A stretch of 64,000 bases of DNA from a bacterium (GTDB lineage: Bacteria > Zhuqueibacterota > Zhuqueibacteria > Residuimicrobiales > Krinioviventaceae). The position numbers and the translations under genes were made by a program. Where the stretch lies: positions 1,952,001-2,016,000 of the forward strand of contig OY843751.1 of the NCBI GenBank assembly GCA_963693055.1. The letters run 5' to 3'. The notes beneath the pieces were generated by a model. It was not told the DNA's origin, ran no database searches, and saw only the letters and a program-made list of their open reading frames with translations. Each line of letters begins with the position of its first letter. Position 1 is the stretch's first letter. This document shows, piece by piece, positions 14,304 to 24,056 of the stretch.

Positions 14304-17300
14304 TTGATTTGTGAATCCCGGAGTGGTGGATTATTGAAAGTAATATATAAATTTATTATCACGATTTGTTTAGCATCTCTGCTTTGTTTTACGGCTTGTC
14401 AGAATACAGAATCTGTTCCCATTAATGATTCTGTAGATGCCGCTCCCTGGTGTTACTGGTACTGGATGCATGGGGCCATCAGCAATACCGCTATTACCGC
14501 TGATCTGGAAGCCATGAAACAAGTTGGTATGACAGGCACCTATATCTTTACTATTCGTGATATTGCTGATCCTGAATTATATCCATCTGCTGTAAAAACC
14601 TTGAGCCCGGAGTGGTGGCAGTATATCCGTTTTGCGGCCAGTGAAGCCAAGCGATTGGATATGAAATTGGGATTCAATGCCTGTGACGGATTTACCTGTG
14701 CGGGTGGTCCGTGGATAACCCCGGAAATGTCAATGCAGAAATTAACCTGGGCCGATACGGTTGTCTCTGGTGGACGTTTGTTTTCTGCCAAATTGCCTCA
14801 GCCAGAGTTTTTACAAAATTATTATAACGATATTGCGGTTTTTGCGTATCCTGCTCCTCCCGGGGCGGGCATGGATTCGTGGAAAAAACGTCCAGTTGTT
14901 ACCAGCAGCATGACAGACGATAATGTTCAGTACCTGGCTGATTCTGATAATGAGCAATTATTCACCAGTACACAGCCGGGATGGATCCAGTTTGCTTTTG
15001 ATGAACCTTTTACCTGTCGTTCAATCCAAATCAAAACCGGTTGGAACAATTACCAGTCCAATCGATTGATCATAGAAACCAGTAATGATGGAGTACATTT
15101 CTCACGACACACCCGACTGGTCCCTCCACGCAGTGGTTGGCAGGATCTGGACGCGGACAATACCCAGCTCATAAAATCCGTTACCGCAAAATATTTCCGA
15201 TTTGTTTTTGATCCTGCAGGCTCTGAACCCGGTGCCGAGGATCTGGATGATGCTAAATGGGAACCTACCTTGCGATTGTACGGCATCGGTCTTTTATCCG
15301 AAGCAAAAATACATCAATTTGAAGGCAAGAATGGATCCATATGGCGGGAAGCGGAATGGTCGGATGATGAATTGCTTTCGGATTCGCTTTGTGTGGATTT
15401 TGAAAAGATAATCAATATCAGCGAGTACCTTGAACCCAATGGTACATTAAACTGGCAGGTTCCGAAAGGGGATTGGGTGATTTTACGCATAGGGCACACC
15501 TCAACCGGACATGAAAATTATATTGGCGGTGGAGGCAAGGGCCTGGAATGCGATAAATTTGATCCTGATATTGTGCGCTTTCAGTTTGATCAGTGGTTTG
15601 GAGAGATAAATCGTCAACTGGGAGTGGATTTGTCCAATGTGATCACCCGCTTTCATGTGGACAGTTGGGAGTGCGGCAGCCAGAACTGGTCTTCTGTGAT
15701 GCGTAATGAATTTAAAAATCGCAGGGGATATGATATTGTAGATTATTTACCGCTGATGGCCGGGGTACCGATTGATAATGCGGAAACATCTGAACGGATT
15801 TTATATGACATCCGCACAACGGTTGCAGAACTGTTTGCGGATAATTTTTATAAAACATTTCACAAGGAATGTCAGAATATAGGCGTCTTATTTTCTGCCG
15901 AAAGTGATGCCCCTGTGGGTGTGGGAGACGGGATGCTGCATTTCAAATATACAGATCTTCCTATGGGCGAATACTGGTTTAAGAGTCCGTCTCATGACAA
16001 GCCCAACGATATTCTGGATGCGGTCTCGGGTGCGCATATTTATGGCAAAAAGATCGTCCAGGCTGAGAGTTTTACCGAGCTGCGGTTGGACTGGGACGAA
16101 ACCCCTGCCATGTTGAAACCACTGGTGGACCGCAATTTCGCCCTGGGAATCAACAAGGTTGTGGCGCATGTGTTTACCCTGAATCCCTGGATGGACCGGG
16201 TACCCGGAATGACGCTGGACAGGATTGGCACCTATTTGCAGCGGGACCAGGTTTGGTGGGATTTCAGCTATGCGTTTTGGAACTATATTGAAAATTGTCA
16301 AGCTTGGTTGCAAAAAGGCGATCCGGTTGTGGATATTGCTGTATTTACCGGAGAAGAGATACCTCGTCGTGCTATATTGCCGGACAGATTGGTCGATATC
16401 CTTCCCAACATTATGGGACAGGGGCGCAAAGAGAGTGAACGTTTGAGGCTGGCGAATAAAGGGTTCCCTCTGCATTCGATGCCGGAAGGTGTTACCGTTT
16501 CGACAAATATCGCAGATCCTGAAAAATGGATTGATCCGTTGAACGGCTATGCTTATGACTCAATCAATCGTGATGCGCTGCTCAATCTGGCTAAAGTAGA
16601 GGATGGTAAAATCGTTTTGCCCGGAGGTGCAAGCTATTCCATTTTGATTGTGCCGGGTAAGCGCAAGCTTGCTCCCCACGGTGGAGAGCGCATGAGTGTA
16701 GAGGTTGCGGAGAAACTGGCAGAACTGGTCTGGAATGGAGCTTCGGTATTGTGGATGGAAAAACCACAGCGGACTCTGAGTAACAAGCAAATTGACAAAG
16801 ATAAACGATTACAGGATATCTTTTCAGCGCTATTATCAGAGCATTCCCGGAATGATGTTACACGTCTCCTTTGGGGGCCATACAATCAGGAAACATTTTC
16901 TCAATTGGGTGTGGAAAAAGATTTTGTTGCGAAATCAACAAACAAGGATTTAAAAGGCAGACTAGCATGGAACCATCGACGTGATAAAGATACCGATATC
17001 TATTTTATAGCCAATCAAACGAATGAAACGTTTCAAGCCGAAATGCGTTTTCGGGTTTCAGATAAAGTACCGTTTTTTTATGATCCCTTGGATAATGTCT
17101 ATATAAAATGTCAATCCTGGCATCAGGTGGATGATCGTATTGAAGTGGATTATGAATTTCATCCCAACAGCTCTGTTTTTGTTCTGTTTAATGATGGAAC
17201 TACAATATCGAATACGATTGATTATCTGATACCATCTCAAAACGCACTCTCTATTACGGGTCCCTGGACCCTGGACTTTGATCCGGGTTTGGGTGGACCT

Positions 17301-17720
17301 ATGAAGCCAATACATTTTGATACCTTGCAGGATTTGAGCATAAATCCAAATGTAGATATTCGTTATTATTCCGGTAAAGTAACCTATCAATCCCGATTCA
17401 ACTGGGAACATGATATCACGCAGCCAGTATGGATTGATCTGGGGGAGGTCTACAATGTTGCCCATGTTCGATTGAATGGAGAAACCGCAGGTGTTTGCTG
17501 GACGCTGCCGAATCGCTTGCGCATTGATAAATACTTGAAACCGGGCATCAATCAGTTAGAGATAGAGGTTGCCAATACCTGGCACAATCGTTTGATTAGA
17601 GATCATTCACTGCCCGAGAGTGAGCGAATCACCTGGACCTCCGCACCGTATCGATTAGAGGGAAAACCGTTGTTAAAATCCGGTTTGCTGGGACCTGTTA
17701 GCATTCAGGTTGTGAAATGA
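14304..17720 (+). CDS. GH106 alpha-L-rhamnosidase-like protein
   Basis: PWCYWYWMHG, ITADLEAMK, GGPWITPE, DSWECGSQNW, PMGEYW, C-terminal SGLLGPV; start may be TTG 14334. Confidence 0.88.
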   Translation: MICESRSGGLLKVIYKFIITICLASLLCFTACQNTESVPINDSVDAAPWCYWYWMHGAISNTAITADLEAMKQVGMTGTYIFTIRDIADPELYPSAVKTLSPEWWQYIRFAASEAKRLDMKLGFNACDGFTCAGGPWITPEMSMQKLTWADTVVSGGRLFSAKLPQPEFLQNYYNDIAVFAYPAPPGAGMDSWKKRPVVTSSMTDDNVQYLADSDNEQLFTSTQPGWIQFAFDEPFTCRSIQIKTGWNNYQSNRLIIETSNDGVHFSRHTRLVPPRSGWQDLDADNTQLIKSVTAKYFRFVFDPAGSEPGAEDLDDAKWEPTLRLYGIGLLSEAKIHQFEGKNGSIWREAEWSDDELLSDSLCVDFEKIINISEYLEPNGTLNWQVPKGDWVILRIGHTSTGHENYIGGGGKGLECDKFDPDIVRFQFDQWFGEINRQLGVDLSNVITRFHVDSWECGSQNWSSVMRNEFKNRRGYDIVDYLPLMAGVPIDNAETSERILYDIRTTVAELFADNFYKTFHKECQNIGVLFSAESDAPVGVGDGMLHFKYTDLPMGEYWFKSPSHDKPNDILDAVSGAHIYGKKIVQAESFTELRLDWDETPAMLKPLVDRNFALGINKVVAHVFTLNPWMDRVPGMTLDRIGTYLQRDQVWWDFSYAFWNYIENCQAWLQKGDPVVDIAVFTGEEIPRRAILPDRLVDILPNIMGQGRKESERLRLANKGFPLHSMPEGVTVSTNIADPEKWIDPLNGYAYDSINRDALLNLAKVEDGKIVLPGGASYSILIVPGKRKLAPHGGERMSVEVAEKLAELVWNGASVLWMEKPQRTLSNKQIDKDKRLQDIFSALLSEHSRNDVTRLLWGPYNQETFSQLGVEKDFVAKSTNKDLKGRLAWNHRRDKDTDIYFIANQTNETFQAEMRFRVSDKVPFFYDPLDNVYIKCQSWHQVDDRIEVDYEFHPNSSVFVLFNDGTTISNTIDYLIPSQNALSITGPWTLDFDPGLGGPMKPIHFDTLQDLSINPNVDIRYYSGKVTYQSRFNWEHDITQPVWIDLGEVYNVAHVRLNGETAGVCWTLPNRLRIDKYLKPGINQLEIEVANTWHNRLIRDHSLPESERITWTSAPYRLEGKPLLKSGLLGPVSIQVVK

Positions 17721-17796
17721 TTTTTATATCATTTTTTTAATTGATTCTGCATATTTTTTATGATATATTCAAATAATTATCATTAAATGAATTTTT

Positions 17797-18192
17797 ATGA
17801 CAAATTTTGATTATAAAAAAATAATGAACCATTGGATTGAGACATCAAATAATGATTTCTCAACAATGAAAGAATTATATCAGGCAAAATCTTATAATTG
17901 GTCATAGTTTATTGGCCATATTACAGTGGGAAAATTACTCAAGGCTTTATATGTTAAAATCCATCAAAAACATGCCCCAACTATTCATAATCTATTCAGA
18001 TTAGCTGAATTATGTAACATAGAAATGAATGATGAATGTGCTGATTGGTTAGATACGATAACATCATTTAATATTAATGCGAGATATGATGATTATAAAA
18101 AAGAATTCTATAATCTATGTACATATGAATTTACCAGTATGTGGATTGAGCGAATAAAGGAATTACGTATATGGATAAACAAAAAGCTTTAA
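17797..18192 (+). pseudogene. HEPN-domain toxin gene with an in-frame amber stop
   Basis: ATG 17797 reads MTNFDYKKIMNHWIETSNNDFSTM...YNWS*FIGH...KLLKA...HNL...NINARY; TAG at 17905-17907. Confidence 0.8.
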
Positions 18193-18473
18193 ATTTGGCC
18201 CGGCAATATGCATCTATAATAAAATCAAATTTTAGCTGCAAAGATATGTTTCTTTTTGGTTCACACGTGAATGGCATGCCTGCAGAGGAAAGTGATATTG
18301 ATATAGCTGTTGTACTTGATGGTTTTGAAAATCCTGTAGATATTCAAGTTGAACTCATGCGGTACCGACGTAAAATTGATAGCAGGATTGAACCACATCC
18401 GTTCCGGGAAAAGGATTTTATTATTGAAAATCCTGTTGTTAATGAAATATTACAATATGGTGTAAGGATATAG
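18171..18473 (+). CDS. Minimal nucleotidyltransferase (MNT) antitoxin
   Basis: LFGS...SDIDIAVV motif and IEPHP; overlaps the HEPN gene. Confidence 0.88.
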   Translation: MDKQKALNLARQYASIIKSNFSCKDMFLFGSHVNGMPAEESDIDIAVVLDGFENPVDIQVELMRYRRKIDSRIEPHPFREKDFIIENPVVNEILQYGVRI

Positions 18474-18727
18474 ATAACTATTCATTGCTCTTAGGTTAAT
18501 TGTTTGTTTTTCAACTGTGTCAAGTATTTTATTATTGTTATGTACTAATGATGCCATAGATCCATTTATTACTGTCGAAATTACTCTTACTCACGGATTA
18601 ATTGTATCTTGCCTAAAATTATTTCCCTTTACTTTTTAAATATTACCTTTTATCTTTTTAATTATATTCATGATTGTTTTGTAATTCGAGTTTGCGATAT
18701 TTCATATTTGTGAGAAGGAGGCTGGAT

Positions 18728-19918
18728 ATGAACATGAATCGCAGAAAGTTTATGGGCGTTTCTACTGCAGCGGTACTTGGGGCAGGTGCAATGCATTCCG
18801 GTTTTGCTGCTGAGAATAAATATACCGCCTGTGTTCTGGGTGATACCAACCAAGGGGGATTTGGACACCGCATGCATCTGGTTTGGGAAAAGGTTGACAA
18901 TGTAGAGCTGCTGGCAATCTCTGATCCTGATGAAAAGGGCAGGGCTCAGATTGCAGAGGAAGCCAAGCCCAAGCGCACCTATGCCGACTATCGGGAAATG
19001 CTGGAAAAAGAAAAACCCGATCTGCTCACCATTGGTCCCAGATGGACAAATCATCATGTAGAATATCTCACTGCCGCCGCAGAGTACAATCTGCACGGAT
19101 TGATGGAAAAACCGCTGGCAGTGGACCTTGCCGCAGCAGACAAGATGATAGAAATGATTGAAGCAAAGAATTTAAAATGGTCCATGGCGTTCAATTTTCG
19201 TCCCACAACAATCGTTCACCACGCCATCAAAATGGTGGTGGAAAAGGGACTCGTTGGAGATATCCTGGAACTGCGCGGACGCGGCAAGGAAGACCATCGA
19301 TCAGGCGGTGAAGATCTGCTTGTGCTGGGAACGCATGTTTTTGATATCATGCGATATTTTGCCGGTGATCCGCTTTGGTGCAGTGCAGACCTCACCACGA
19401 TGGGTAAACCTTCAACATTAAAAGATATATACCAATCCAAAGAAAATCTGGGTCCCATGCTGGGTGACCGGGTCAATGCCATGTATGGATTCAAAGACGG
19501 AGTTGTCGGATATTTTGCGTCCTCACGCAATTCTGATGGCAATGGCGGTAGATGGGGACTCGATATCTATGGATCGAATGGTATTGTCACCATCCGCCTG
19601 GACAAACGTCCTTTTGCGTCCCCGGTTGCGTACTGGCTGAATGATTCCACTTGGGCCCCGGGTGAAGAGAATGTCGCATGGCAGCCATTGCCTGATGCGC
19701 CCGAGTTGGGCATTACCGATCCCCGAACCGAGAACTATTTGCCTATTGTTACGGATTTGATAAAGGCTGTAGAGCAGGACCGCCTTCCCAAAGTGAGCAT
19801 GCAGGACGGCCGCGCGTCGCTCGAGATGATTCAGGCGGTGTACGAATCTTATTTAACCGGTAAAAAGGTGACATTCCCGTTAAAGGAGCGTGTACATCCG
19901 CTGATACGGTTAACATAA
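18728..19918 (+). CDS. Gfo/Idh/MocA oxidoreductase with Tat signal
   Basis: NRRKFMG twin-arginine motif, EKPLA, GTHVFD; AGGAGG RBS before ATG 18728. Confidence 0.88.
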   Translation: MNMNRRKFMGVSTAAVLGAGAMHSGFAAENKYTACVLGDTNQGGFGHRMHLVWEKVDNVELLAISDPDEKGRAQIAEEAKPKRTYADYREMLEKEKPDLLTIGPRWTNHHVEYLTAAAEYNLHGLMEKPLAVDLAAADKMIEMIEAKNLKWSMAFNFRPTTIVHHAIKMVVEKGLVGDILELRGRGKEDHRSGGEDLLVLGTHVFDIMRYFAGDPLWCSADLTTMGKPSTLKDIYQSKENLGPMLGDRVNAMYGFKDGVVGYFASSRNSDGNGGRWGLDIYGSNGIVTIRLDKRPFASPVAYWLNDSTWAPGEENVAWQPLPDAPELGITDPRTENYLPIVTDLIKAVEQDRLPKVSMQDGRASLEMIQAVYESYLTGKKVTFPLKERVHPLIRLT

Positions 19919-19933
19919 TCGTTTTATATCAAT

Positions 19934-20020
19934 AGAACGCGGAAGACACTAATAAAAAAGATTTACACGAATTTTATTATGTGGAAATCCGTGTCTTTCG
20001 TTTTATTTGTGTTCTGTTCT
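19934..20020. repeat. Degenerate palindromic repeat (ACGCGGA..ACACG / CGTGT..TGTTCT type)
   Basis: Imperfect inverted arms AGAACGCGGAAGACAC...ATTTACACGAA versus ATCCGTGTCTTT...GTGTTCTGTTCT. Confidence 0.55.
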
Positions 20021-20034
20021 GAAATTTTTTATAA

Positions 20035-20201
20035 AACCACGACGGAAAGAAGAACACGAAGGTAGAACAAATTGTGTAAAATAATCGCTATATTTGATAT
20101 GATTTTTTCTGTAAAATTACAAGACATAGTAATTAAAAGACTATCAATTAATACTTCGTGACCGGAGTTTATCCGCCCATTGGCGGATGTGCTTCGTGGT
20201 T
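20035..20201. repeat. Inverted-repeat element (AACCACGA..CACGAAG / CTTCGTG..CTTCGTGGTT) with nested ATCCGCCCATTGGCGGAT palindrome
   Basis: Arms at 20035-20062 and 20154-20201; nested palindrome at 20171-20188. Confidence 0.6.
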
Positions 20202-20351
20202 GCTATTTTTTACCCTAATATTGAATTGGCAATGTTTTTGTTTTATTCTTGTTCTAATCAGTATTAAAAAATACTTGAATACTGCCGGATTTCGGTTATA
20301 TTATAGAATTATTTCCTCTTAAAATTTTACATCATTCTTGGAAAGGGCGTT

Positions 20352-21464
20352 ATGAACAATACGTTGAAATCAGGACAGGGGCCTGCCGGACGGCTTGCGT
20401 CGCTGGACTTTTTTCGGGGATTTACCATGTTTTTGCTGATAGCAGAGGGGACGCACCTGTTTTCCAAATTGGTTTCTCCCGAGCTGGAAGGCACATTTAT
20501 CCATTTTATCGGTACGCAACTGCACCACCATCCCTGGCACGGTCTGCGATTCTGGGACCTGGTACAGCCCTTCTTTATGTTTATTGTGGGTGTTGCCATG
20601 CCTTTTTCCATCTCGAAACGTATAGAGAGGGGGGACGACAAATCCGCGATTCTGAAACATGTGCTCCAGCGGTCGCTGTTATTGCTGGTCATCGGATGGG
20701 CGCTGTACTGCATCGGACCGGGACGCATCACCTTTCGGTTTCAAAACGTACTGGCGCAACTGTCCGTGACCTATCTCATCGCGTATCTGTTCATGGGCCG
20801 TTCATGGAAAACCCAAGTCGGTTTTACCATCGTTCTGCTGATTGCAGTGGACCTGCTTTATCGGCTGTTCCCGGTGGCGGGATTCAACCAGCCGTTTGTC
20901 CCGGACCATAATTTCGGCGCCTGGTTCGATATGCTCATCTCGGGTGAGCTCTCGGGCGGGCACTGGGTATCGTTCAATGCTTTTCCCACCACGGCGCATA
21001 CGGTTTGGGGAGTCATAGCCGGACAACTATTGATGAGCGACAAATCCGACAAGCGCAAGGTGCTCACGCTCGTTGTCGCGGGTGTGGTGGCATTGATTGC
21101 TGGGTACGCTTTGGATCCGGTTACACCCATCATCAAACGTATCAGCACCAGTACTTTTGTCCTTGCCTCGGGTGGATGGGCTTTGCTGGCCCTGGCTTTC
21201 TCGTACTGGATCATTGACATGCTGGGATATAAAAAATGGAGTCTGTTCTTTGCCATTGTAGGCATGAATCCGTTGTTCATCTATCTGTTCGGGCACGTGG
21301 GCGGCTCGGGTATTGTATACTCGATTGTCAAACCCTTTTCTATGGGACTGTTATCATGGATCAATCCGCTTTTTGCCGAGATCGTCACAGGCATGATCAC
21401 ATGGTATCTGTTATGGTACATTTGTTACTGGCTGTACAAACGGAGAATTTTTATAAAGATATAA
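20352..21464 (+). CDS. HGSNAT-like (DUF5009-type) membrane acyltransferase
   Basis: RLASLDFFRGFTM, DLVQPFFMFIVG, PIIKRISTSTF, GMNPLFIY; multi-TM. Confidence 0.85.
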   Translation: MNNTLKSGQGPAGRLASLDFFRGFTMFLLIAEGTHLFSKLVSPELEGTFIHFIGTQLHHHPWHGLRFWDLVQPFFMFIVGVAMPFSISKRIERGDDKSAILKHVLQRSLLLLVIGWALYCIGPGRITFRFQNVLAQLSVTYLIAYLFMGRSWKTQVGFTIVLLIAVDLLYRLFPVAGFNQPFVPDHNFGAWFDMLISGELSGGHWVSFNAFPTTAHTVWGVIAGQLLMSDKSDKRKVLTLVVAGVVALIAGYALDPVTPIIKRISTSTFVLASGGWALLALAFSYWIIDMLGYKKWSLFFAIVGMNPLFIYLFGHVGGSGIVYSIVKPFSMGLLSWINPLFAEIVTGMITWYLLWYICYWLYKRRIFIKI

Positions 21465-21510
21465 TTGGGGCACAATGTGTGATAATACATTAAAAATTTT
21501 GAAATCTATT

Positions 21511-21541
21511 AAAAGCCGGTCTCTGGTGAGGGCGGCTTTTT
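21511..21541 (+). terminator. Probable terminator
   Basis: AAAAGCCG...CGGCTTTTT. Confidence 0.6.
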
Positions 21542-21638
21542 GTGTTTAAATGTTTTTGTTGGTAACCTGGATATCCATTATCGGGATTATATTTTAAATA
21601 AAGATCAAGCTATTTTTCTGTATATAGTAATTTTAAGA

Positions 21639-21862
21639 GGCTGGTACGAAAAGAACGAAATGGGTATTGATATTGACCACCTTTTCGACTTAACCCAGAT
21701 ATTTTATTTATCCGAGATCGTCCTTGTGCGGTTTCCCATTTATTCCGACAAACACTGTGAGGTGCCGAAACAGTTGCTACTGTTGAACCACAACCTCCAT
21801 GCTGAAGAAGTAAAAAAAACAGGTCTTTGGGAGGAAACGAAAGTTAAGAAAAATGCAAAATC
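21639..21862 (+). pseudogene. Remnant of the C-terminus of a large type IIG/BREX-like DNA methyltransferase
   Basis: GW...IDIDHLF...VRFPI....EVPKQLLLLNHNLHAEEVKKTGLW resembles the recalled C-terminal motif GW..DL.HDF...VRFTI....EVL.RLL.LNH...EE...GL; no N-terminal part present. Confidence 0.5.
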
Positions 21863-21923
21863 AATACAGGTTGAGCTGTGGGTGAGGGGGATTGAGTAAT
21901 AATGAATATACATGAGGTAAATT

Positions 21924-22238
21924 ATGGCTTGGTATGAACTTTTCTTATGGGGCTTATTTGGGGGCTTTACAGTTGATGGGCTTGAAATGTGGAAAATTGT
22001 AAAGCAAAATAGAGGAAATTGGCCCAAAGAATGCTTAACATTAGGATATTTTACTGCTGAATTTATTAGATTAATATGTGGTGCTGGGCTTGCTTATGCA
22101 TTTGGTGCAACAAGTCAAGTAAATGGGCCTTTAGGTGCAATTGCTATAGGTGTAACTACTCCTCTAATTGTTGAAAAATTTGCAGCAAAATTACCAATTA
22201 TCCCTCAACCAATAATTGAAGAAACTCAAGGTGAGTAA
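21924..22238 (+). CDS. Small 3-TM membrane protein
   Basis: GAGG RBS; hydrophobic segments [23 protein letters not shown] and [14 protein letters not shown]; AT-rich. Confidence 0.7.
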   Translation: MAWYELFLWGLFGGFTVDGLEMWKIVKQNRGNWPKECLTLGYFTAEFIRLICGAGLAYAFGATSQVNGPLGAIAIGVTTPLIVEKFAAKLPIIPQPIIEETQGE

Positions 22239-22239
22239 A

Positions 22240-22755
22240 ATGAAATTTATTAAATTTTATAATGAATTTGTTCAGGCATTAAGTAGACAAAGTAAACCTT
22301 TTGTTATATATAATGAAATTACTAATATAAAGAAAAATGATAAACAATATGAAAAAATGAAAATAGATAAGCTATCTTCAGAAAAGAATATTTATCATCA
22401 AATAAAAATAATTGATAATATAGCTTTTCAGATAAATTTACTTGCTTTAAATGCTGCAGTAGAAGCTGCCAGAGTCGGTGAAGCTGGTAAAGCTTTTGCC
22501 ATAGTTGCGGAAAATGTACGAGATATGTCACTAAAAAGTCAAGATGCTGCCAAACATGCTTTTAATATATTAAATGATTTTCAAAAATTAGCAATATCTA
22601 ATGATGATGTTATTAATGAAGCTTCAGAAAAGTTATCAGAACTAATGAAAAAAAGATTTGATAAATCAACTATATTACAAATGAATCAATTAAAAACAAA
22701 AGTTGAGGAGATTGCAATTAGGAGTTCTGTATTGAGTAAGCAGTTTAAGGAATAA
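22240..22755 (+). CDS. Stand-alone cytoplasmic methyl-accepting chemotaxis (MCP) signalling-tip protein
   Basis: [37 protein letters not shown]; no TM, HAMP or sensor region; ATG 1 nt after the upstream stop (ORF track starts at 22216). Confidence 0.8.
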   Translation: MKFIKFYNEFVQALSRQSKPFVIYNEITNIKKNDKQYEKMKIDKLSSEKNIYHQIKIIDNIAFQINLLALNAAVEAARVGEAGKAFAIVAENVRDMSLKSQDAAKHAFNILNDFQKLAISNDDVINEASEKLSELMKKRFDKSTILQMNQLKTKVEEIAIRSSVLSKQFKE

Positions 22756-22912
22756 TTTAAATTACTAAGTTATTTAATTCAAAAATTCAAAATCATTGTC
22801 AATTAATTGAAAAAATCTAAGGATTCTATTTTACTAAAAATGTAACAAAGAAGCATAACCCAATTATGCTGACTTGGACTTAGAGGGGATATGTAAACTG
22901 TAGGTATAACAA

Positions 22913-23620
22913 ATGGACTATGAAAATAAGATTTTTGATGAAGTTGGGTTAAGTGAAGAAAAACTAGAGTTAATTCACAAAATCCATAATTTTTTTGATA
23001 TTGGTAATGTGGGTCTGGTATCATATTTTGATAAGTATAATTCTGATTACTATACATTTCTTCCTGAAATTAATGGATTTTGTCATAATATTGAATTTAT
23101 TGGTCGAGGTGATATTGATAGTGCTAATTTTGATGATGTTTTCAACAATAATTATAGATTTTTAATTTGGATTCCAGAAAAAATAGCAAATGCCAATTTA
23201 ATATCCTTTACATTTAATTATTCCCATGAATTGCAACATTTAATCCACTCTAAAAATCAACCACAAATTCCGTTCATATCGGATTTTATTTGGTTTTCAT
23301 GGAAAAAAGTTGGAGAAATTAATCCGTTACATTGGTTAATGAGGCCTGATGAGTATAATTGTGAGAAAAATGCTTTTCAAGCTTTAAATGTATTTTTTGA
23401 TTATATAAGTGTTGAGAATTTCAAAATATCTGAGAATTTCTGTAATGATTATTGGATAGTATTTAAAGTTTTTGAGAAAATTTATCTGGGTGATGTTGAA
23501 TATGAAATGAAACAGATTTTAACCAATAATTATAAGGATTTCAAATCTATACAAGGTGAATTGTCTGAAGAACGTAAGCATAAGTTTGATATTGATGAAT
23601 ATATCGAATTACTTGGATAA
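22913..23620 (+). CDS. Hypothetical protein with HExxH motif
   Basis: SHELQH plus a downstream Glu (PDEYNCE); AT-rich. Confidence 0.55.
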   Translation: MDYENKIFDEVGLSEEKLELIHKIHNFFDIGNVGLVSYFDKYNSDYYTFLPEINGFCHNIEFIGRGDIDSANFDDVFNNNYRFLIWIPEKIANANLISFTFNYSHELQHLIHSKNQPQIPFISDFIWFSWKKVGEINPLHWLMRPDEYNCEKNAFQALNVFFDYISVENFKISENFCNDYWIVFKVFEKIYLGDVEYEMKQILTNNYKDFKSIQGELSEERKHKFDIDEYIELLG

Positions 23621-23733
23621 GTGGGTCGCACGACCCTAGTGTCCGGGTTTATTGAAACAAGGTTGTAAATATCCTAGAGGTAGAATCCAGGCCATGGACT
23701 TAAAATTTGTGTGAGGAATATATTTTAAATTAA

Positions 23734-23813
23734 AACGCAAAGTTCGCTGAGAACGCAGAGGTATTAGTGAAAATGTGATGAATTTCCTCGGCGATCTCTG
23801 AGCTCTCTGCGTT
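23734..23813. repeat. Palindromic repeat (AACGCAGAG / CTCTGCGTT type)
   Basis: AACGCAAAG..CGCTGAGAACGCAGAGG versus CCTCGGCGATCTCTGAG..CTCTGCGTT. Confidence 0.65.
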
Positions 23814-23870
23814 AAAAAAATGGGGCGGTGAATTAGTCGCCCGGACCTGTAATACGGGATTATAGTATAT

Positions 23871-23902
23871 CACCTCACGGAGGTTCCATACCTCCGGGAG
23901 AC
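23871..23902. repeat. REP-like CACCTC..GAGGT..ACCTCCGGGAG copy
   Basis: Similar to 27264-27296 and 63-76. Confidence 0.6.
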
Positions 23903-24056
23903 TGTTGAAAACTAATATAATCTCCTTACCAATTTGTATTTGGTAAGGAGAGTTGGCTCCAAGCTGTGCTTGGTGAGAATCGAACAACACAAGTGTCGTT
24001 AATTTTTAAAAAATTGAGAAGCAGAGCTTCGCACCAAAGTTCCGTCCAAAACTCTG

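Noticed and set aside
17905-17907. Pyrrolysine or alternative genetic code
   Set aside because: TAG ends several normal genes in the window, and a second substitution in the HEPN gene favours pseudogenisation.
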